From an uncultured Clostridia bacterium (GTDB taxonomy: Bacteria > Bacillota > Clostridia > Christensenellales > UBA1242), in assembly GCA_944372365.1 (NCBI GenBank), contig CALVYP010000001.1:85279-149278 (forward strand): 64,000 nucleotides of DNA. Direction: 5' to 3'. Made by a program: the position numbers and the translations under genes. The notes beneath the pieces were generated by a model, which was not told where the DNA came from, did no database searches, and saw only the letters and a list, made by a program, of their open reading frames with translations. Shown one piece after another: positions 55,999-64,000 of this stretch. Numbering within the stretch: position 1 is the first letter of the stretch; the number at the start of each line of letters is the position of its first letter.

Positions 55999-56588
55999 AT
56001 TTCAACTCTTCCTTCCATCGCCTTTGAAAGTGTGATTTCATCGGCGTATTCTAAATCGCTGCCAGTGGATATCCCCTGTGCCAGCCTTGTAACTTTAATG
56101 CCCATGGGTTTTAATATTTTTGCCACATACATAGCAGTGGCATCGCCTTCAACATCGGGTGGCGTTGCCATTATAACTTCCTCAGTGCCAAGCTGATTGA
56201 TGCGTTGTAAAAGCTGCTTGATGTGGATGTCGTTTGGGCCTTTGTTTTCAAGCGGACTGATAAGCCCAAAAAGAACATGGTAAACGCCATCAAAACTTTT
56301 TATCTTTTCGATGGAAAGAATATCTTTTGGCTCTTTAACCACGCAAATGGTTTTTCCGCTACGGCTTTGGCATATGTCGCAAACAGGTTTGTCGGTGTAA
56401 TTTCCGCACTTTTGGCAAAGCCCAATTTTTTGCTTGACATCTTTTATCGCGTCGGCAAAATTATCGGCGCGCTCGCTGCTGCCTTCAATAATTGAGTAGG
56501 CATAGCGCTGAGCGGTTTTGTATCCAACGCCCGGCAAGCTGCGAAAATACTCTATCAGCCTTTCAATAGGTTCGTCAAACTTAGCCAT
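55995..56588 (-). CDS. recR: recombination protein RecR
   Basis: LIEYFRSLPGVGYKTAQRYAY (HhH), a C4 zinc finger CQKCGNYTDKPVCDIC, and a Toprim region. Confidence 0.95.
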   Translation of the reverse strand: MAKFDEPIERLIEYFRSLPGVGYKTAQRYAYSIIEGSSERADNFADAIKDVKQKIGLCQKCGNYTDKPVCDICQSRSGKTICVVKEPKDILSIEKIKSFDGVYHVLFGLISPLENKGPNDIHIKQLLQRINQLGTEEVIMATPPDVEGDATAMYVAKILKPMGIKVTRLAQGISTGSDLEYADEITLSKAMEGRVEI

Positions 56589-56591
56589 TTT

Positions 56592-56909
56592 TTACATCCC
56601 TGGAATTTGAGGAATTGTTTGCTTTTCCTCTATATCAATTTTTGCCATAACATCATTGAATGCAGATACAATCAAATCTTCCAGCATTTCAACATCATCT
56701 GGATCGACAACTTCTTTTTTAATTTTTATTTGTTTAAGCGTTTTGTCGCCAAGCATGGTGATTTCAACCATTCCGCCGCCAACTACGCTGGAAAACTCTT
56801 TCGCGTCAAGCTCTGCCCTTGCCCTTTGCATTTCTTGCTGCATTTTTTGTGCTTGGCGCATGAGTTGTTGCATGTTGCCTCCGCCAAATCCGCCAAATCC
56901 GTATGCCAT
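56592..56909 (-). CDS. ybaB: YbaB/EbfC-family nucleoid-associated protein
   Basis: NMQQLMRQAQKMQQEMQRARAEL..GGGMVEITMLGDKTLKQIKIKKEVVDPDDVEMLEDLIVSAFNDV. Confidence 0.95.
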   Translation of the reverse strand: MAYGFGGFGGGNMQQLMRQAQKMQQEMQRARAELDAKEFSSVVGGGMVEITMLGDKTLKQIKIKKEVVDPDDVEMLEDLIVSAFNDVMAKIDIEEKQTIPQIPGM

Positions 56910-56918
56910 ATTATCCTC

Positions 56919-57284
56919 CTAATTTAAAATTTCAAATTTTTTGCCAAACATTTTTTGCAGCAGTGCCTTGTCTTCATCTGCTGCGGTTGGTTTAAGCACT
57001 TTTTGCATTATTTTAACATCAAGTTCCGCGCCCTGCCAACTGAGCGCACGCTGTATTTCGCGCTTGCCGTCTTCAAGCAATGCAAACACTGTGTTGTCGG
57101 GAGTTGTGATTACAAGCGCGCCGTCAGTTATCTCAACTTCGGTTATATCGCCGCAAGCCACATGCATAGCCACATGGTTGTGCTCTTTCAAAAACAACAC
57201 CACCTTTCCCCACACGTCTTTTGCGCTGCCCTGCATAGGCTTTTTAATTGTCAGTTTTTTTTTGCGTCTTCGCCATTGATGCAT
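56919..57284 (-). CDS. dnaX: C-terminal (tau-specific) part of DnaX, in the -1 frame relative to the upstream dnaX ORF
   Basis: KDVWGKVVLFLKEHNHVAMHVACGDITEVEITDGALVITTPDN.. resembles the C-terminal domain of Gram-positive DnaX. The frame is entered at the A9 tract 57255..57263. The ATG of the listed ORF has no SD. Confidence 0.6.
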   Translation of the reverse strand: MHQWRRRKKKLTIKKPMQGSAKDVWGKVVLFLKEHNHVAMHVACGDITEVEITDGALVITTPDNTVFALLEDGKREIQRALSWQGAELDVKIMQKVLKPTAADEDKALLQKMFGKKFEILN

Positions 57285-58402
57285 GAAATTGCCACACTTT
57301 CAATCAACAGCCTTGTTGAAAGAGTGTAGCGCAACTGATTTTCACAAGCAGCAAAATTTTGCATGTATAAAATAAGTTGCCCATCAGTTGCCTTATCCGC
57401 TTGTTGCATATATTTTTGCAGAACATCGCCGGCAAAATTTAAAATTTCTTGTGGATTTTCACATGTTTTGCAAACAAGCAAATCTCTGGCATGCTTTGCA
57501 AGGTCTTTAACAAAAACCGCAAGATTTTTGCCCATGCGATCAATTTTATTCACAAGCGACAGCACCCCGCCAATATCCTTATCAATAATTTTGTCAAACA
57601 TTTCAATCATAAGGTCATGATCGGTTGTGCCAAGCACTTTAAGCACATCTTCTTTTGTTATATTCCCGCCCGCATAAGCATTTATGCTGTCAGCGATTGA
57701 AAGGGTGTCTCGCACACTGCCTTCGCCGCTTGCGGCGATCATCTTAACTGCCTCTGGCTGCGCGTTGATGCCTTCACTTTCAAAAACATGATCAAGCACT
57801 TTGCATAGATCGTCGGTTGAAAGCAACCTAAAATCAAACCTTGAGCACCTTGAAAGAATGGTGGCAGGAAGCTTTTGCACTTCGGTGGTTGCCAAAATAA
57901 AAATCACATACTTTGGCGGCTCTTCAAGTGTTTTTAAAAGCGCGTTGAATGCGCTGTCTGAAAGCATATGCACTTCGTCGATGATGTAAACTTTATATTT
58001 CGCACCGATAGGTGCAAACTTAACTTTTTCTCTTAGCTCGCGAATATCATCCACGCGGTTGTTTGAAGCTGCATCTATTTCAATAACATTGATGTCGTTT
58101 TCAGCGCTCAGCCTTTTGCACACTTCACACTCGCCACATGGTGAGCCAGTTGTGTTGTTGATGCAATTCACAGCCTTGGCAAATATTTTTGCAACGCTGG
58201 TTTTGCCAGTTCCGCGTGAGCCTGTAAAAAGATAGGCATGCGAAATTTTGCCAGCCAAAATTTGGTTGGCAAGCGTTTTTGTGATGTGCTGCTGCCCAAC
58301 AACTTCTTCAAAAGTTTTTGGCCTGTATTTGCGATACAGCGCCAGATGAGTGTTTTCCATGGCCATATTATACAATTTTTCCTTTTGTTTGTCCAGTGTC
58401 AC
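57251..58402 (-). CDS. dnaX: DNA polymerase III subunit gamma/tau; the zero-frame product is 383 aa
   Basis: YRKYRPKTFEEVVGQQH.., Walker A GSRGTGKTS, Zn module CGECEVC, Walker B YIIDEVHML, and SRC motif LSRCSRF. It ends ..GEDAKKN-TGA immediately after the A9 run. Confidence 0.9.
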   Translation of the reverse strand: MTLDKQKEKLYNMAMENTHLALYRKYRPKTFEEVVGQQHITKTLANQILAGKISHAYLFTGSRGTGKTSVAKIFAKAVNCINNTTGSPCGECEVCKRLSAENDINVIEIDAASNNRVDDIRELREKVKFAPIGAKYKVYIIDEVHMLSDSAFNALLKTLEEPPKYVIFILATTEVQKLPATILSRCSRFDFRLLSTDDLCKVLDHVFESEGINAQPEAVKMIAASGEGSVRDTLSIADSINAYAGGNITKEDVLKVLGTTDHDLMIEMFDKIIDKDIGGVLSLVNKIDRMGKNLAVFVKDLAKHARDLLVCKTCENPQEILNFAGDVLQKYMQQADKATDGQLILYMQNFAACENQLRYTLSTRLLIESVAISCINGEDAKKN

Positions 58403-59148
58403 TTTATATTGTTTGCAATGTTTAAAAACGCATCGACATTCAGCGAAAGCCCGCCGATCAACCCGCCGTCGATTCCTGTGGCGTTAAGCAGAGGTGAATA
58501 ATTTTTTTCGTTGATGCTTCCGCCGTAAAGCACTTGAATGTCGCGGCTAGCTTTTTCAGAAAAGTTTTCTAAAACCACCTTTCTTATAACTTTTGCTGCG
58601 TTTTCAACATCTTTAACCGATGCGTTGTTGCCTGTTCCAATAGCCCAAACAGGTTCATAGGCGATGATCACACTTTCAAGTTCGTTTTCATAAAGCCCGC
58701 GCAAATCTTCTTCAAGCTGCTTGCGAATGACTTCATATGTGCGCTCGGTGTTTCTATCCGCCAAGCTTTCACCAACACACACGATGCATTTTAAGCCATT
58801 TTTAAGCGCGGTTTTAATTTTTTTGTTTACAAGCCTATCGCTTTCCTTGAACTTAATTCTTCTGTCGCTGTGCCCTATCAAAACATATTCAACGCCGCAT
58901 GCTTTAAGCATTTTGGCGCTAACTTCACCTGTAAACGCACCTTGCTCTTCATCGCTGACATTTTGCGCGCCAATTTTAACTGGGCTTGAATCTGTTAAAA
59001 ACTTTGCAAGCGGAATGCTTACATATGATGGACAGATTACAACATCCGCCCTTACGCCAGTAAACTGCGCAGCAAACTTGGTGAAATATTGCTTAACTTG
59101 ATCTGGCTGTTCGTTCATTTTAAAGTTTGCAACAATCAATTTTTTCAT
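58399..59148 (-). CDS. tpiA: triosephosphate isomerase
   Basis: VANFKMN, GHSDRR and AYEPVWAIGTG motifs. Confidence 0.95.
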   Translation of the reverse strand: MKKLIVANFKMNEQPDQVKQYFTKFAAQFTGVRADVVICPSYVSIPLAKFLTDSSPVKIGAQNVSDEEQGAFTGEVSAKMLKACGVEYVLIGHSDRRIKFKESDRLVNKKIKTALKNGLKCIVCVGESLADRNTERTYEVIRKQLEEDLRGLYENELESVIIAYEPVWAIGTGNNASVKDVENAAKVIRKVVLENFSEKASRDIQVLYGGSINEKNYSPLLNATGIDGGLIGGLSLNVDAFLNIANNIK

Positions 59149-60326
59149 ATATATTTCTCCTGAATAACTTCGATACCCGGAAGTTCTGCTCCTTCAAGCA
59201 ATTTTAGTGTAGCGCCGCCACCTGTTGAAACATGGTTGATCAAATTTAAGCAACGCGCTTGTTTAACCGCGCTCACGCTATCCCCGCCACCAACAATTGA
59301 ATAGGCATTGCTGTGCCCAATGGCTTTGGCGATTTCAAAAGTGCCTTTTTTAAATTTGTCATCTTCATACTTGCCAAGCGGCCCATTCCAAATCACTTGT
59401 TTTGCCTCGTCAATCTCTTTTTCAAACATCTTTATTGTTTTTGGGCCAATGTCACTGCCAACCATTTCACCTGATAGCGTTTCGGTTACAAATGTTCGCT
59501 GCTTCTTGTCTGCGTAATCATACGCAACATGATCAACTGGAAGCAACAACTTTTTACCAGCGGCCTGCGCCTGATTTAAAATTTCTTCGGCTGTTTTAAC
59601 GCTTTCCATGCTTGAAAAACTTCTACCGATTGTCTGCCCGCGCGCCATCATAAATGAATATGCCATTGCTCCGCCTATAAGCACGCTGTCGGCAGTTTTT
59701 AAGATGTTTAAAATTGCATCTATTTTATCTTCCACCTTAGCGCCGCCAAAGATTGCCACAAACGGGCTTTTTGGATTTTCTAACGCGTTGGTTATGATGT
59801 TTATTTCATTTTCAACTAAAAAGCCAATCGCATTTGGCAAAAGCCTTGCCACGCCATAAGTTGAAGCATGCTTTCTGTGGGCAACACCAAAAGCATCGTT
59901 TACATATATGTCAGCAAGCGAAGCAAGTTGCTTTGCAAAGTTTGGATCATTTTCGGTTTCTTCTTTATAAAACCTTACATTTTCAAGCAAAAGAATAGAG
60001 CCGTTTGAAAGGCTGTCGACTTGCAGTTTAACTTCATCGCCCACAACTTTATGCGCAAACTGCACTTTGCCTGGGAAATATTTCATAAGCATAAGCGAGA
60101 TTGGCCAAAGTGACAGCCTAAAATCAAAGCCCTTAGGCCTGCCCAAATGTGAACAAATGATGACCTTTGCGCCACGCTCCACCAAAAATCTTATGGTTGG
60201 AAGTTCGTTTACAAGCCTTGTTGTGTCGGTAAATCTGCCAACCTTATTCATAGGAAGGTTAAAATCTGCTCTTAGCAAAATTTTTTTGCCTTCAATGTTA
60301 ACTAAATCTCTTATGCTTCTTTTCAT
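59145..60326 (-). CDS. pgk: phosphoglycerate kinase
   Basis: LLRADFNLPM.., SHLGRPKG, and C-terminal STGGGATLKLLEG. Confidence 0.95.
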   Translation of the reverse strand: MKRSIRDLVNIEGKKILLRADFNLPMNKVGRFTDTTRLVNELPTIRFLVERGAKVIICSHLGRPKGFDFRLSLWPISLMLMKYFPGKVQFAHKVVGDEVKLQVDSLSNGSILLLENVRFYKEETENDPNFAKQLASLADIYVNDAFGVAHRKHASTYGVARLLPNAIGFLVENEINIITNALENPKSPFVAIFGGAKVEDKIDAILNILKTADSVLIGGAMAYSFMMARGQTIGRSFSSMESVKTAEEILNQAQAAGKKLLLPVDHVAYDYADKKQRTFVTETLSGEMVGSDIGPKTIKMFEKEIDEAKQVIWNGPLGKYEDDKFKKGTFEIAKAIGHSNAYSIVGGGDSVSAVKQARCLNLINHVSTGGGATLKLLEGAELPGIEVIQEKYI

Positions 60327-60356
60327 AAAGCCCCCTATAAGTAATATACACTTTTT

Positions 60357-61280
60357 TTATTGGTTTTCAAAATGATTGACAAGGCTTTGAAACAATTTCA
60401 AACTTTCGTCAATATTCGTTTGCAGTGCAAATTTTTGCCTTTCTTTGACTGGTGCATGAAGCTTTGCCGCATATGCCAAAAAATGTTTGCGAAGCATAAG
60501 CACCAAAAGCCGCTCTGGATATATTTGCCTTAAAATTTCAACATGTTTAGAAATCGCTTGAATTTTGTCTATATCTCCGCTGCGATTTTTAAGCTGACTA
60601 AAAATCCATGGGCTGCCAATCGCGCCCCTGCCAATCATAACGCCGTCAACGCCTGTTGCCAGCATGCCCGCACAGGTTTGCGCGTCGGTTACATCTCCAT
60701 TGCCAAAAACAGGAATTTTAACACTGGCTTTTGCCAAGGCAATCGCATCAAGATCCGCCCTGCCGCTATACATCTGCTTGGCTGTTCTGCCGTGAACAGT
60801 GACAAAATCCGCGCCGCTATCTTCACACATTTTTACAATTTCAACAATATTATTCTCGTCAAAACCTAATCTAACTTTAACTGAAAGCGATTTGTTTTGA
60901 ACTTTGCGCCTGCACTCGCTGATAATTTTGCTTGCCAGTGGCAAATTTTTAAGAAGCGCCGAGCCTTCGCCGTTTTTAACAATTTTTGGTGCTGGACAAC
61001 CCATGTTGATATCTATGCCATCAAAGCATTTAAACAGCGGGTTTTCACATGCCTGCGCCATTGCGTCAGCATCCTTGCCAAATATCTGGGCTATGCATGT
61101 TTTTTCGCCAGACGCTCTAAACGCCAGCGCCTTTGTTTTTTCACTATCATATTTAATTGCCTGTGCAGAAAGCATTTCGGTGAAGGTTACATCTGCACCA
61201 AAATCTGCACACACTTCTCTAAAACCTGCGTCGCTATACCCCGCCATAGGAGCAAGCAAAAACTTGTTTTGCATAGCCAT
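60357..61280 (-). CDS. dus: tRNA-dihydrouridine synthase
   Basis: LAPMAGYSDAGFREVC, DINMGCPAPKIVKNGEGSALL and VTVHGRT motifs. Confidence 0.9.
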   Translation of the reverse strand: MAMQNKFLLAPMAGYSDAGFREVCADFGADVTFTEMLSAQAIKYDSEKTKALAFRASGEKTCIAQIFGKDADAMAQACENPLFKCFDGIDINMGCPAPKIVKNGEGSALLKNLPLASKIISECRRKVQNKSLSVKVRLGFDENNIVEIVKMCEDSGADFVTVHGRTAKQMYSGRADLDAIALAKASVKIPVFGNGDVTDAQTCAGMLATGVDGVMIGRGAIGSPWIFSQLKNRSGDIDKIQAISKHVEILRQIYPERLLVLMLRKHFLAYAAKLHAPVKERQKFALQTNIDESLKLFQSLVNHFENQ

Positions 61281-61313
61281 ATTTTAGCAAAAAAACCGTC
61301 GCCAAACAAACGA

Positions 61314-62852
61314 TTAAAGCGACTGATTTGTATTATTTGTTTTTGCCTTGGCTTTGCCAAACACTCCGCATATTATTTCTGATAAAATTGGATAGGTTAA
61401 AAGCGCATAAACCGTGCCACCAACCGCTATATTGAAAACAATCTGCATCAGGTTTGACATGGCAAGCCTGCTTGTAAAGAGTGAAAGTGAAAGCGCCATA
61501 GCAAACGAAGCAAGCAGTGGAAGCGCCATATCAAAAAACGCCATAGAAATTTTGCGTCTGTTTTTGATGATTGCCATAACACACACAGTTGCGCTGAGTG
61601 CAATGTTTCCAACAACCACACCAAAGATGTTTATGCTCTCTATTCCGCACAACACATACACGCACACAACTTTCAACAAGCCGCCAACGGCATACGCCGT
61701 CAAACAAAACCCAAATTTTCCCTTTGCCTGCAAAAGCGCGATGTAAAACTGCATAAGCGCCGACACGATCACCGAAGCAGCACCAAAACATGTCAATCGC
61801 ACTGCATAATCTAGCATCTGCGGGCTGAGCGAGCTGTAAAACAGTTGATAAAGCGGCTTGCATATGCAGCATATCCCACTGACCAGTGGAAGCAACACAA
61901 ACCACATGATTTTTAATGTTTTTGCAATGGTTTGATGCCTTTGTTCGTCAAACTGCGCCTGCATATATGAAACCGCTGGCAGCATCGCCGCGCAAATTGA
62001 TGTGGAGATTATAAGCGGAAAGTTTAAAATCGCACCCACAACCCCGGTTTGCAGCCCAAAAAGAGCGGTTGCAGTTTGCGCCGAAAAGCCTGCCGCAACA
62101 AGCCGCGACACAACAATAAAACTGTCAAGCGCTGACACAAACGGAAGCACTGCTGCGCCGAAGGAAAGCGGCACACATGATTTAAGCAGCACCGCTGAAA
62201 AACTTTTTGATTTTTCACTTGGCAATTTAACCTTAATTTTCAAACAAACATACAAAAACACCAGTGCAACAATCTCACCCGTAGCAATCCCCAAAAACGC
62301 CCCAAAAACGCCCGCTTGGATGCCGCGCTTGCCAAGAATAAAGCTAAAACAAAGCCCCAGCGCAAATTTAAAAATCTGTTCTAACACTTGGCTCATGGCT
62401 GTTGGAAACATGTTTTCATAGCCTTGAAAAAATCCCCTGAAAGCAGCAATCATCCCACCAAGCGGAATTATTAAAGCCATAAGAAGATAGGCGCTGCAAC
62501 CGCTTGAAGCGCCTTGCAACATTGATATCGGCCTGCAAAATGCACAAAGAATCCCTCCGCCCAATGCACCAAATATAAAGCTGTAAAGCACTGCCGTCTT
62601 TAACAAACTTTTAATTTTTTGATAATCTCCTATGGCGCGCGCCTGAGAAACATGCTTTGAAAGCGCAGTTGCAACTCCGCCGCTGGTTAGAATCAAAACA
62701 AAAGAATACATTGACATAACCATTTGAAACACGCCAATGCCTTCTATCCCCAAGATTGATGTAAGCGGCAACCTGAAAAATGCGCCAAGAAGTTTGCATA
62801 TAAGAGCGCTTGCAATCAGCACCAAACTTCCCTTTCCTATGCTTTTATTCAT
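61314..62852 (-). CDS. second MOP-superfamily flippase (MurJ/SpoVB/Wzx-like)
   Basis: 512 aa, polytopic. The N-terminus GSLVLIASALICKLLGAFFRLPLTSILGIEGIGVFQMVMSMY is family-typical. Confidence 0.75.
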   Translation of the reverse strand: MNKSIGKGSLVLIASALICKLLGAFFRLPLTSILGIEGIGVFQMVMSMYSFVLILTSGGVATALSKHVSQARAIGDYQKIKSLLKTAVLYSFIFGALGGGILCAFCRPISMLQGASSGCSAYLLMALIIPLGGMIAAFRGFFQGYENMFPTAMSQVLEQIFKFALGLCFSFILGKRGIQAGVFGAFLGIATGEIVALVFLYVCLKIKVKLPSEKSKSFSAVLLKSCVPLSFGAAVLPFVSALDSFIVVSRLVAAGFSAQTATALFGLQTGVVGAILNFPLIISTSICAAMLPAVSYMQAQFDEQRHQTIAKTLKIMWFVLLPLVSGICCICKPLYQLFYSSLSPQMLDYAVRLTCFGAASVIVSALMQFYIALLQAKGKFGFCLTAYAVGGLLKVVCVYVLCGIESINIFGVVVGNIALSATVCVMAIIKNRRKISMAFFDMALPLLASFAMALSLSLFTSRLAMSNLMQIVFNIAVGGTVYALLTYPILSEIICGVFGKAKAKTNNTNQSL

Positions 62853-62946
62853 AAAAAATAGTGTGCGCTTATTAAAAAAAGTTATGCCTAAGGTATTTAC
62901 AAAACAAAAAAACTGTGTTATAATCTAGCCAAATAAAGGAGGAACT

Positions 62947-63447
62947 ATGGCAGCACAACCATTGGATACGACATTTATTACAAATACAAACTCATTGACA
63001 AAGAAAGAGTTAATTCAAGTCACCATGGGTATCATGCGCTCGGCATACTTTGACGAATTCCCAGAAGGCGCTATGAGAGAATGGCTTGATTTGCAACGCA
63101 ATTATAACTTCTATGGAACAGAAAACTATCAATTAGAGCAAAAATGCAGAACATTTTTAAATTTGTTCCTTAACAATTTTGATATTGTTAAAGAATATCC
63201 ATGTTTTAAAGAGTTTAAAACCTATCTTCCAAACAAAGAAGCAAGGCACACCTACATCTCTTCAAAAGAACAGACAACTGTTTTTGATTTAGAAAAACTT
63301 ATTGATTCAACAATCGAAGCAAGTGGTTCACTTTACAATTTTAAACCGCTTGACCAAATCAATGCTGCCGTGCCTGCACCAGCTGTGAAAGATGGTTTAA
63401 CATCACAAATAAATGTAATCAATCAAAACATTGTTTTCAGCAGATAA
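62947..63447 (+). CDS. hypothetical protein
   Basis: AAGGAGGA SD before the ATG at 62947. Terminator ATGAAGCC-gttt-GGCTTCAT downstream. No family recognised. Confidence 0.6.
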   Translation: MAAQPLDTTFITNTNSLTKKELIQVTMGIMRSAYFDEFPEGAMREWLDLQRNYNFYGTENYQLEQKCRTFLNLFLNNFDIVKEYPCFKEFKTYLPNKEARHTYISSKEQTTVFDLEKLIDSTIEASGSLYNFKPLDQINAAVPAPAVKDGLTSQINVINQNIVFSR

Positions 63448-63490
63448 AATCAAATTAAAAAAATGAAGCCGTTTGGCTTCATTTTTTTGT

Positions 63491-64000
63491 TTATCTTGAC
63501 AGCTCGTTCATCTCCATCCTAAGCTTTGGAGAAATTGTCACTTCGGATGTCATGGTTTTGCTTTTTTCAACGCATTCTTCCAGTTTTTTGTCTTCCAGGC
63601 TTAGCAGCGAGGTTCTAAACACGCCCGGTTCGCTTGTGCTTAATTTTGCAGCAGCATTTACGCTTGCCATCCCAACTGGCGGCGCTATCACAGGCGGCTT
63701 TGACAGATTAACTTTTTCTGGCCCTGTCAACTTGGTTTTGAAAGGTTTTTTCTCTTTCGCCGCCGCACCAGCTTTTTGTTTGAAATATGGCTCACGCGGC
63801 TTGACTTGATATTTTGTTTTTGGAATGATGATAACTGGCTTGCTTGGACTAAACTTTTTTGCCCCACCGCTGCTGGCTGCTGGTTTTTCCGACTTAAATG
63901 GCTTTGGTGCTTGTGCTTCATCAAGTTTTTGTGAAACAATGTCAAATCTTTTAATCGGTTTTGTAAAAATTTGCGAAACTTTAACAAAATCTGGGTTCTC
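63491..64000 (-). CDS. hypothetical K/P-rich protein, 5'-truncated by the window edge
   Basis: My translation shows the frame of ORF 63491..63730 stays open on the minus strand up to position 64000 (..KPFKSEKPAASSGGAKKFSPSKPVIIIPKTKYQVKPREPYFKQKAGAAAKEKKPFKTKLTGPEK..). The gene therefore starts outside the window. Confidence 0.55.
   Translation of the reverse strand, partial: ENPDFVKVSQIFTKPIKRFDIVSQKLDEAQAPKPFKSEKPAASSGGAKKFSPSKPVIIIPKTKYQVKPREPYFKQKAGAAAKEKKPFKTKLTGPEKVNLSKPPVIAPPVGMASVNAAAKLSTSEPGVFRTSLLSLEDKKLEECVEKSKTMTSEVTISPKLRMEMNELSR

Noticed and set aside
63727-63987. An 86-aa basic ORF (MLKFRKFLQNRLK..) as a separate gene upstream of ORF 63491..63730.
   Set aside because: A different minus-strand frame stays open from 63491 to the window edge and has a more protein-like composition. 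The 86-aa ORF is probably a shadow frame of that partial gene.

Overview
This window looks like a low-GC (about 35-40% G+C by eye, not computed) chromosomal segment from a Firmicutes/Clostridia-like bacterium using the standard genetic code. It carries about 65 protein genes and 4 tRNAs (Glu-TTC, Leu-TAG, Arg-TCG, Ser-CGA). There is no rRNA, CRISPR array, transposase or integrase. Housekeeping blocks are easy to recognise: rpmG-secE-nusG-rplK-rplA, dnaX-ybaB-recR-argS, dus-pgk-tpiA, cysS, glmS, recD2, engB, hup, lepB, queH and comFC. Between them sit accessory-looking genes: a CAT-like acetyltransferase, MFS and ABC exporters, a zeta-toxin-like kinase, an APH-like kinase, an orphan VirD4-type coupling protein, a standalone Spo0A C-terminal-domain protein, a GLUG-repeat surface protein and a 2927-aa tail-anchored giant surface protein next to a GT2-TPR glycosyltransferase. 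The observations most worth follow-up are these. (1) A pair of ~100-bp near-perfect inverted repeats brackets a pilin-like gene, and each copy contains the SD, the ATG and the first 8 codons. (2) dnaX is split at an A9 tract that forms an A_AAA_AAA slippery site. (3) A (CTCG)n microsatellite makes up the spacer of the predicted GLUG-gene promoter. (4) There are two clusters of perfect DnaA boxes far from any dnaA gene. (5) A 60-aa Leu-rich, Cys-rich peptide gene lies divergent from an ArsR/SmtB regulator. (6) A family of GC-rich nested-hairpin intergenic elements and a ~213-bp tandem repeat are present. (7) A peptide-deformylase homologue lacks its metal-binding histidines. (8) Several genes have a TATAAT-N6-ATG arrangement that suggests leaderless mRNAs. 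All calls come from reading the sequence and the ORF track; no database searches were run.
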